From Obrimoposthia wandeli (lineage: Eukaryota), in NCBI GenBank assembly GCA_977020255.1, contig CDROCS010002607.1, positions 1 through 64,000 on the forward strand: DNA of 64,000 nt. Direction: 5' to 3'. The notes beneath the pieces were generated by a model. It saw only the letters and a list, made by a program, of their open reading frames with translations. It was not told where the DNA came from and searched no databases. Positions 25,301-37,300 of this stretch are shown here, one piece after another; the stretch's first letter is position 1; each line of letters begins with the position of its first letter. A program made the position numbers and the translations under genes.

Positions 25301-28300
25301 GCACGGTTTTAAAGGACAAGGGGGGAGTACCCCCCCCTAAAAAAAGAAGGGTTCGGGACCGACATTGGTCACAGACTAGTCCTGCGATGTACGGATATCT
25401 CGTTCTCATATAGGTCACAGACTAGCTTGGCGATGTACGGATGTATCGCTCTCACACCACACCACACCACATCACGCCACACCACGCNNNNNNNNNNNNN
25501 NNNNNNNNNNNNNNNNNNNNNNNNNNNNNNNNNNNNNNNNNNNNNNNNNNNNNNNNNNNNNNNNNNNNNNNNNNNNNNNNNNNNNNNNNNNNNNNNNNNN
25601 NNNNNNNNNNNNNNNNNNNNNNNNNNNNNNNNNNNNNNNNNNCCCTCCACCCGCCCTTTCGGGCGGGCTCTATTCTCACGAAAATAACTACAAAACATGC
25701 GCTACAGTATCACTTTACCTCTCACAACTACAAATGTAAACGACCCGAGTCATACCCTAACATACACCACCCGCCCCTTCGGGGCGGGCTTCATTTTTGA
25801 TCTATAGGCACAAAAAAAACATTACAAAAATTATTTGTCGGCTCCTCGGATATAAAATTCGTTCTTATTGTAAGTAAAATTTGGAACTGCCTTTTCTATT
25901 TTCTGTTTAAGATATTGAAAATCAGGTTTTTGAATACCTGATAGATAGTAGCTGAACTTTCTTCTTTCAATTGTCACAGGATTTACTAAAGCAATCAGTT
26001 GAGCCTTCTTCAAGAATCTGACTTTGTATTTGAAATATTGTTTCACTTCTTCATACATATCCTTAACCGATTCTTCAAACATTTCTTCGTCATCGCTTAA
26101 TACCCGTTGGCTATCGTCCATCGTTGATAATTGTCTTTGATATGAATGCATTTACTGTGATTTGTCTTCCAATGGCGCATTCTTTTATACTAATTTCTAA
26201 CAAAATATATCATCCAATTATAATAGGTTTGCAAGATAATTACAAGAAACGTGCAATAAAAAAGCAGGTTCAGACATATATAAAGAAGATTTTACAGAAT
26301 ACAATTTCAGTCTAATGAAACTCGTAAATTATAAAGGTAGAACAGAAGATGATGTTTCGTACTTACCATTCAATGAATGGAAGCCGAGACAATATGTAGA
26401 AAAGTTTGACAATTTCACAGTTGTTATTTTTCCTACAGGTTAGTTTTTTATTTTATTTTTATATTGAATTCTTTAGGAAATTGTCGTGTTATGGGATGCA
26501 AAATACCAATGCTTGGGTTCAATTTACCATTTGGAATTCAAATCACTGCAATACAATCAATCACGATTTCGGCTAATCTCGGGAAACAGATAAATCTTTT
26601 TAAAACTGCAGATAAAATAAAAGAAGAATGCATGTTTGAACCAGAAATTTTTCCTGCTCTCAGTTATTTGAAGTTTAAACCGCTATGTGTAAATATATTT
26701 TCCAGTGGTAAAGTTATGATATTGGGATTGAAAAATTGTGATTATCCAGACATAGTTGATTTGATTTTAGAAAATATATCTTATTACATCTTGTTATCTT
26801 TTTTCTATAAACAAACCCCGTTTAAACTTATTGTTTCAAATGAATAATACTATAAATAGAGACAATGAAGTGGATCGGCTTGCCGATGAAATATTTTCTG
26901 GAAAAATTAGGGGTAAAGAAATTTTATCAGAATTAAAAAATAATGATATAACAAGAGATAACATTCAAATATTGGTTAGATCACACGTTATTCGAGAATT
27001 TAGAAATCGTACACAAATAAATAAAATTATAGCCAAATATTCATTAATTAATTTTTGTATTTCATCTACAATAGCTCTAACATTGTACATTTCAATAAGG
27101 AAACTTCTATGATAATATAAACAATATTAAAAATGAAAGAGTATATGCAATGGAGCTGAATAATAATGCTGTATTTCAAATAGTTGGCCCAAGTGGAAGT
27201 GGAAAGACACATTTCGTCTGTAAATTGTTGCAAAATGAATCTCTTTTCAAATCTAGTTTCAAAAATATTTATTGGCATCATGGTGGAGGAGGGAAAGGGT
27301 TAACCAAAACAGAAGTTTGCAAGTTGAAGGGTATAAGATTTATTGAAGGATTTGATGCAAATTGGTGTGAAAGATTGAAAAAAGAAGATGTAATAATAAT
27401 TGATGATTTGTATGAGGAGGATAACAAGGAATCGGACTTAATAATTTATTTACAAAGATTGCAAGACATCGTGAAGTTACAGTTATATTTATCACTCAAA
27501 ATCTGTTTCACCAAGGAGGTCACCATAGAACAAGAAATCTTAATGTACATTACTTAGTTTTATTTAAAAATCCTAGAGATCATACAGTTGTTGATTTTGT
27601 GGCCAGACAGGCATTTCCTCTAAATAAGAACTTTCTAGTTGATTCATTCCACGATGCTGCTAAACAAGCACATGGGTATATATTTATTGACTTTACACAA
27701 GCTTGCCCAGATGATTTACGTGTTTTAACAGACATATTTAATTCTAAGGGAGTAACTGTTTATAAACAAATAGAAAACAATTATAAAAAATAAATTCGCA
27801 ATGCCTTTTACAAAGTTGATACTAAAACGTAAAGTAAAATCTAAGAAATCATAAAAAAGAATCATTAAGAAAAAAGAAGTGAAAAAATTAATCAAATCTG
27901 TAGTTAAAAATAAAAAAAACTTAAATGGCTTCGAATATAACAATATTTAAATTGAACCTCTTTTATTAAAATGAAGAAAATACAAAGAAGCATACCCTAT
28001 TTTAAAGCTTTAGTCAAAGCCTCTTCTAATAAGAGAATGATTATTCTTAAAGCATTTCCATCTTTTGTTGTAGATGATTTATTGGAAGTTTTGTATAATA
28101 TAGTTTTGGGTCGAGTAAAAGTTGAAAATCGGAAAAATATATTAAAGAAATATAGAAAAACTCTTCTAGATATTGCTAATGTAAAAAGTAAAAAAAGGAA
28201 ACGAAATATTATTCTTAAACAGAATGGTGGTTTCATAGGGGCTGTTATTCCAGTTGTTGCTTCAATTATCAGTAGTATTATATACACGTTCATAAACAAT

Positions 28301-31300
28301 TATTTCTAAAATCAGCTAAAGATATGGGTGCTAGCCCTTCTTTACCTGAACTTAAATTTTCTTTCTATTCAAATTGTTGTAATGGAGAAGATATGGTTCA
28401 ATCCAAAAGATCCAATTGGCTACACAGGAGTTTCAAAATTAGCAAAAAGAACAAAACAAAATTACAAGAAAACGCAGAAATGGCTGAGTGACCAGTTAGC
28501 CTACAGTCTGAACAAGCCGATGAGAAGAAGGTTTCCAACTAGAGCTTACAAAACCAGCGGTCCTAATAATTTATGGCAAATGGATTTGATGGATATGATC
28601 CCATATTCTTCCATTAATAAGGGATATCGATATATTTTAACATGTATTGATGTATTTAGCAGGTTTGCTCGTGCAATTCCAGTTAAAGCAAAGTCTTCAA
28701 TAGCTATGCTTGAAGCCATTAAAGAAATATTAAAAGAGGACATTCCACAAAATGTGCAAACTGATTTAGGAAACGAATTTTATAATAAGCTAGTTCAATC
28801 ATTATTTAAATAAAATAATATAAATCATTACTCTGTGTTTTCACAATACAAAGCAGCAGTAGTAGAAAGATTTAATCGTACTCTAAGAGATCGAATAAAA
28901 AAGTATTTCACAAAAGAAGGAAATAAAAAATGGATCCAAGTTTTACCTAAAATAATACATGCATATAATCACTCTGAACATAGAGAACAATTAGGGAATG
29001 AGACCTGTTGATGTTACTAATAAAAACTCTATGGACATTTGGATGAACAGGAATAAAAAAGATAAAATTAAAAAAGCTAAATATAAGAAAAACGAATATG
29101 TTCGAATTTCGAAAATTAGCTCTACTCCATTTATTAAAAACTTTGATCAGAATTGGAGCGATGAAATATTTTGTAAAAGTAAAATTGATCAAAAGAGTAA
29201 TCCAATAATGAATACTATTAAAGATGCTGACATTAATATCGTTCACGGTAAATTTTACGAGCAAGAACTACAAGTAATATCAAATAAACCTATCGTTTTC
29301 CGTATTCAAAAAATATTAAAATCTAAGGGTACAGGTAAACATAAACAATACTTTGTTAAATGGCATGGTTATTCAGACCCAACTTGGATATCAGCATCTA
29401 ATATAATATGAATTCTATGTATATGGTTTTACCAAGTAACGGATGTCCGAAGACTCAACCAGATAATGACGTTAGTAGCTTTATTATCGATTGGGAAAAT
29501 TCTATAAATCTCCAAGGAGAATGGGAAGCGGCTTTAACAGAATTTTCCTTTTATTATTCTCCAATTACTATCAAAAAAAACTCACATATTTCGTTTACAA
29601 AAGAAGTTGATCATGAAAAAACAACTGAAGTTGTGATCGGGTTTGATAGTAAAGGACAATTCTATTACAATTGTATAGATAAAGAAGTGAAAGTAATATT
29701 TGAAAATAACAAAGTCAGATTTAAAAATCGATTAAAATTTCTTCAAGTTATTAAAATTAATTTTGAATCTAAAAAAGAAGCTCTTCAATTCAGTTTTGAT
29801 AGTGAACAAACAGTAGCTCGTAATAAACGGGATATTATCTCATCTAATTCGGTTAGAAATGTTCCTGGTAGAGTAGCAAAAGTGTTGTTACTTGAAACGA
29901 GACCAAAGACTGTAGTGGAACTGAAAACGTTTTCAAAAGATTATAAAATAGATAGTGAAGTGAATTTCTATAAATTAATACAGAAGGAATGTAGTGAATA
30001 TTTGGATATATGTGAAACATTAAATGGTAAATTAACGTTTACAGTAAAGAGCAATATAAAACGAGTTTCATTTGATGATAAACTCGCTAAAAACCTTGGT
30101 TTAAACAGAAATACCTTTGAAACCCATACAATAAAAACCATAAAAGCTAAAAATAAGGCAAAACTTTTAAATGCTGTTAATCATTTATATATTTATACTA
30201 ATTTAATAGAACCAACGCTTGTAGGAGGACAGCGAGTTCCACTTTTGAGAACAATATGGATATCTAAAAATGAAACTAGAGATGGGGACGCTGTCGGTAT
30301 GTGTATAGATCAACCAATGTATCTTCCAGTTTCTCTCTTTTCTATAAACAATATTGAAGTAAATATTAGAGATGATTCCGGACAACTAAAAGATTTCACG
30401 TACGGGGCCAAGACAAGTTTAACAATACATTTAAGAAAACAAAATGGCGAATCCAGCAATAATTGAAGCTTATAGTCAAAGCCAACAAGGTGGAGAATTA
30501 CCATATTTTGTTGGTAAACAATACGGATCTGGCTGGCTTAGAACATTAGGTAGATTTGCCTTTCCTATTTTAAAGAGACTCGGGCGATTTATATCAAAAT
30601 TAGGAAAGGATTACCTTTCATCTAATGACAATAAACTAATACCAACTTTTAAGAAGCATGCGCTTGATGAACTTGATAATGTTTTACCTGAAGTTGCTAA
30701 TTTGATTAGAAAACGTAAATCAAATAAAAGCCAAGGAGGTAGTGGATTTAAAAGTAAAATGAAGCTAAAAATTAATATAAACAAACGTAAGAAAGTTGAA
30801 GGAACAATGATTGCAAAATGAGTTGCGCCAAAACTGAATTATGTATTTTTGATAAACCGCTTCCACAAGTAGTTGTAGATAATGCTTCCTTTGAAGAAAT
30901 ATTCCTTGTTAACTCAGTTTCAGGAACCACTTTAACCGATTTAGAATTTAATATTAATTTTTCCAATAGCGAGTATTTAGATTTGAATGATACTTTGCTT
31001 TATGTTCAAATAAAAGTATTAAATCGGGATGGTACTAATTTAGATGAAAATGCCGATGTAACACCTGTAAATTATCTATTTAATTCTTTATTTAATGATG
31101 CCATTATTACTCTTAATAATGTCAAAATTGAAGGTGGAAATTCTTCCTATGCTCATAAAGCTTTGATTGAAAGTCTTTTGAATTATAGTACTGATACTCA
31201 AAATACTAATTTGGCAACCATTGGTTATGATAAAACTGATGCAACTCACAAAGAATGGATTGCAGGTTCTAAAGCTTACGAAATGTGTGGGTCTTTGAAA

Positions 31301-34300
31301 TTGAATTTCTTTGAACAACCGAAATATTTAATTCCCGGTGTTAATGTACATCTTCGTTTGAAACGTAATAAATGGAATTTTTCTTTGATAAGCACGGACA
31401 TTCTAAAACCTAGACTTGATATTTTGGATGCAAAATTGTATGTTCGAAGAGTTAAAACCGAGCAATCAGTTTTAATGGCACATAATATAGGAATGGAAAA
31501 AAACAATGCTTGTTATCCTATTAGAGAAACTAAACTTATATCTTATTCTTTAGGTACGGGTACACAAGCTTTTAATAAGGATCAAATTTTTGGTGATGTA
31601 AGATTACCGAAATTCATTTTAATTTCTTTTCAAAAAACTGCAAATTTCTAGGAAATTATACGACAGATGCAACTCAATTTGACAATCTTAATTTTGGTTC
31701 AGTGACACTTTCAAGAAATACTGATTATCGTGAAACATATGAAACAGATTTCGAAGGTAACGCTTATGCTTTGGCTTATACCCAATCTATTATTCGAAAT
31801 TTGGGTCAACTAGATAAAAATATAAACAATGGTATTTCTTTCACTGATTTTAAAAACAGCTGCCCGTTCTTCACATTTGTTTTGGCACCAGACTTTGATA
31901 TAAACCAATGCCAACTACCAAAGGATGGAAATTTACGACTAGAAATTAAGTTCAATGCAGCTTTGACAAATCCTACTACGGTGCTTATTTACGGAGTATT
32001 TGATTCGGAAATACAAATCAATAAAAACAGAACTGTCATATTATAGAATGGAGTAAGACATATTTTAAATTTATATTTATTAATTTTTATTTAGTTCAAA
32101 ACAAGTAAAAGAATCAGCAGAGAAGGTCCTGGGTGATAAATTCAATGGAGTTTATCCTATTGATATGATTCCATTTTTTCAATCTGGAGGTTACATTATC
32201 AATACTCATACTTCGAATTTACCAGGAGAACATTGGATAGCTATTTATGTTAGAGAGTGGACAATACATGTATTTGATCCACTTGCAATGTATTATCCAC
32301 ACAAACTTGTTTCAACTATTCAAAAAGGACGAAGAAGAGTATTTTACAACAAGATACAATATCAGGATCCTGCGACGAGAAACTGTGGACATTTATGTAT
32401 TCTATGGTTATCGTTGCAAAACGATTAGTGTGTTATAAAAATAAAAAATTTAAATGTTTTATTTTGAATTATTTTTTAAATCTCTAAAAATTTAAGGGTA
32501 AAATAATAAAATACATAAGACAATTTTTTTAATACATTTATTAATCACAACATCACAATGAGATATGTCAGCAAAGATAAGGCATAATAAATAAGGTCCA
32601 TCCTAAAAAAGTATTGAAATAACAAATAAGTTAGAGTCTAGGTGCCATAGGGATCTAAAATTTTAAAAATCTAAACTAAAAAAATCAAAAAATGAAAACC
32701 GTTTAAATTCTGAAGTGTCCATAAGCCAGGCTAGCGTTCTTTTCTACCCAAAAGCGCTTGTCGTCATTACTACTCAACGCGATTTTGGTTGATTTATGGG
32801 AATACAGTTGATGGGCTCTTGAAATAAATCTAGTTTGCTCAACGCTTTCAATACACCCAGTATCATAAACTTTCCGGTAGGCCTCATGTGTAAGATTGTT
32901 TCTTCCCACACCCTTTGCTCTCATTGAACATGTATTATTAGATGCATGTAAACTGTAGCATTTAGGGCGTAGGAAAATACAATCATCATACGAAACCTGT
33001 CCCTCGCTTTCATCCTTAAATATCCCGATAATGTCCTTTAAACTCATAGAGTGTAGAGGATGGTTAGCGGGATATTTATGGGTATCTAGTAAGTTGTCCC
33101 TAAACATTGCTGGTAATAATTGATTATTTAAACTAACATTCCTACATTCTAAAAAGAAAGAGTCAGTGTCCCCAGCTGCGATTTTAATCTCACAATTAAA
33201 TTCTTGTCGGTATTTCTCCAATTCTATGTATTGAAGCTCATACATTCTGAGTTTAGAAATGTCTAAAACCGTTTGACCTATATATCTCGGTCGATCGAGA
33301 CAAATACTCTGTTTTCCTAATAACACTGCTACCAAGTCATCTGCAATTGTAAAACTACGCTTGAAGTTGTACTTGCTAGTATATGTTATTAGTTTACGCT
33401 CATCATTGCAAAACCGTAGACAAATACGTTTCCGCAAGTCCTCTACAGTTTTTCCAAAGAGACTATTACTTTTTAACTTGTAAAAATCTCGATCGAATTT
33501 GCTAGTGGCCAAATTACGTTTTCTTGAATTCTTCTCAATATAGTCTTTAAACACAAAGTTTTGACTGAAGCTTATAGCACGATGAATTCGAGTAACTTTC
33601 GCTCCCAACTTTATGTAGAATTGATGAAGCCGCCAATGCACAACATAATTCAACTTGTCTTTATGGGTTAACAATAATTTCTTAACCTTTGAATTAGGTG
33701 GGTATTGATGAACAGGCGCTACTGGAAGATCATCTAATTTATCATGCACATTGGGAGGGATTTTTATGTCCACCTCAACCAAATAGCCTACGTCGGATGA
33801 AACTGTATCAACAGTAGCCAAATCTGTCATTAACTTATTCAACTTATCCACATCATAAACCAATTTAAAGTTGGCATGAGGTAGAGGTTGAGTAAGCGCC
33901 CACCCATACAAATTATTAATATCGATGTACAGAATCTCCGTGGATTAATTTTTGACAACATGATGTTTGTTGACAAAAGTCATTCCACCGCGTATACCAT
34001 AATCATACATTTGATACATCGCGGGATCTTGCAGTAACTCGATATTAATTTTAAGAGTTTTTATTGCTGTTGCCCATGAAAGACCAGGTAAACTAAAGAA
34101 ATGCATGGGATCTAGCCCATCTTCTGCTAAAGACTTTACACGAAAGGACTCAAAAACATCAGCTAAAAGATAAATGTCTAACTTCATATAATAAAGCATA
34201 TATTCGAGAAGATTTGACAATTATTCACCCAAAATGTACGGGCCTCATTATAGTCTTGAAGACTTACACCCTCAAATTCAGTTATGGGTGGGATTTCAGT

Positions 34301-37300
34301 TGTATTTTCTAAATCTGTGAAAGTTTTCGCAAATTTATACGGAAAAATCCCCTTATCGTTAACCGAAGCTGGGAACACTGACTGTGTAATTGGCCATGCA
34401 TTTAAAGATGCCGTTAAATTTTTTAAAAACCCGCTCAAAAACTGCAGAGAATCTATGAATCTTAAACTGCAGAATTTAGTATATGCAGTAAAAGATAAAT
34501 ATTTCTCTGAAATTTGAGGTATACATGAAATTTCCCAAGAGCTTAATGTACCCAACGCGTATTTAAGTATATGATGCAAATCATATCCTTTGAGGTTATG
34601 AAACACGATGGGAATGCGTGGTTTTTTAGGGAGACGACGGCCAAGGTTACAAAGGTTGCACGCCGCTCCCAAGTATCGCCCCGTAACATGATCGTGATCT
34701 CTGACTAACTTAGACTGGGTTCCACACAAATAACATAATCTACAAGAATTAAAATTAACCCAGTCTATGCCTGTCATGATCATTGCTTGATGAGCATTGA
34801 GATCATACCACGGTTTGACAATTGTTGTTCCTAATTCCTCTAATTTTAACATAAAATCTAAAATACAATTTGGACAATAAAATTTATGATACTAGGTAAT
34901 ATTGGGGCCTAAGAATAGTAGTCCTGCCGAAGCCGGTAGGTGAATACTCTCATACTGGTCGTGCAATGCTAAAATTGACTCAAAATCTGCATACACTCTG
35001 AATTCCACGGGTATGCATTTTGCCCAATCCCTGAATTTTAAATCCTTATCCTTAGGCATGCTATATAGCGTATTGTCATCAGGATTCAGTGAACATAATG
35101 TCAGATGTTTGTTGTAAGAGAGCTCGGATCGGAACCCATGCAAACATCTATGACACCACTTACACCTTATCCTAACCGGTAAGGCTCCATTATCTAAATT
35201 TAGAAGACGATCTAAACTGGGAATTGCAGCATAATGGAATTTATTATTATGTTCGAGCAAAATTAAGTTGACCTGAGTCCCCTCATTTTTGCTTCTATAA
35301 ATTACATTTACAAAAGGATTTTTAAAAATTTCTTTTGATCTGTTACATTTACTGGGATATCAGTATTATATTTGTTTTATTTATTTATCTATTTTATTTA
35401 TTTATTTATCAAACATTTATTAATGTGAATGCAATCAATTTCTCAAAGGCCCCATAGGGGCCTCTTCTACTTTACGTAGGTCCGGGTCTCAATATGCTGC
35501 TGGTCCTCGGTAGCAGTAACAGTAGCTGCTTGGGGTCTCGGTTTCGTTATTGGAACTTTGAGTAGGTCCGCGTACTTTTTCAGTACTATTACGTCATCGT
35601 CGGGTACAGTTTTGGGCCCCTCGGCAGTCTCGATTGTAGCGGGGCCACCTTTTCGGCCATTACCCGTAACCGACCGCAGGTCGGTTTTCGGGTACGATTT
35701 CTCCTCCTGTCCATGTCGAGAACAAAGCTAACATCGTGAATTCTAACTAGAGTCCATCCACTACTTAACTCGCTATAATTAGCAATTTTTTCATCCAGGT
35801 TTCTTCCAATTTCAGTTACAAAATTATCATAAAAAACAGTTGCTTTATGTGAAATTACCCAAGTTTTAGTTTCCTCATTGACATTTTTAAACTGCACTGT
35901 TACGCAAAATTGAACCTTAGCCTGTCCTAATTTAGTCACTTCTGATTTTAAAAGATTTTCAATATTTGAATCTACACCTACGTTTAATAAAATTTCATTT
36001 CCTAATGGCACCTTAACTATAACATATTTATTATTTAGGTGATACTCTATAGTAGCACCGTTTTCTCTACGTTTTTTTGGTGGGACCTTATTAAGAAATT
36101 GGCCTCGCCTCTTTCTTCCGTTTGTCGCTGACAAACCTCCCCCTAATTGAACGGGAAGACAACTATTTATATTAATAGTTGACACAATCGCAGCTGAGGT
36201 TGAAGGTGCTGCCATTGGACATGCTGCCGATGTTGAGGCAATCGCAGCTGGTGTAGACGATGCTGCTGGAATAGATGCTGCCGCAGATGTAGAGGCTGCA
36301 TTTGAAGCTGACCTTGCCGATGAAGAAGCGGCTGTTGTAGAGGTTAGTGCTGCTGAAATAAATATAATAAAAAATAAATATATTTTTAAAAATTACCTCT
36401 AAGGCGTGCTAACATCGATGGGGGAGGAATAGCTGTCCTATCAGATGACGGCTGTATCATGGTACTTCCTGAATAAAAAATAAAAAATATATAATAAAAA
36501 TAAAATATATAATTTAAAAATAATAATAAAAAATACCTAATGAAGGCAATCCAAGTTGAGCTGGAATGAAGTCCTCTTCATTGACGAAATCCATCCAGCT
36601 GTCGTCCGACATGTCGACGAAATCGGATTCCTCGATGGTCTCCAACCACGAGTTATCGCTCCACTGCTCTATCTCGAAATCTGACTGGTATATGTCATTC
36701 ATCCACTCATTGTTAGACATTTGAGTGGATGGGTCAGAATCAGGAGCCGGGAGACCAATTGCAGGACCGTAAAAGGGTTGATCAACTGCAACTGGAATTG
36801 GAGGTGGAGCGACCTGTGAATCGCGCACCAATTGGACGATATCCCTCTTCTTGTTGATGGCCGTGAAACACGATAGATGAGCTCGATGTTCACTGAAGAA
36901 GTCTCGAAACTCCTTCTCCTCCATTGTTCTGCAGAAGGGGCAGACGAAGAACAGAACACCTTGAGACTTTGTCCGGTAGTATGCAGACATTGTCTCCATG
37001 CAGGTCTCTCCTCCATGTGGAGTCGAAGCACCACAATACGCAGGGAATAGGTTACAAGTAATCTGAAATAATAAATATTAATAAGGAAATAATAAAAATA
37101 AATTCTTACCATAGGCATTATTTCAAATTGTCGGGGATTTAAATGAAAAAAGTGTTTGCTTATATACTAAAATTTATGCACACATGCTCTTTTCCTATTG
37201 GATTAAAAAATTGAGAAGGTTTGTTTATCTGTTAAATGGTCGAAAAAAATATTTTTTTATTCCTCCAATCAAAATATTTAATTGTAATTGAATGAAAATT

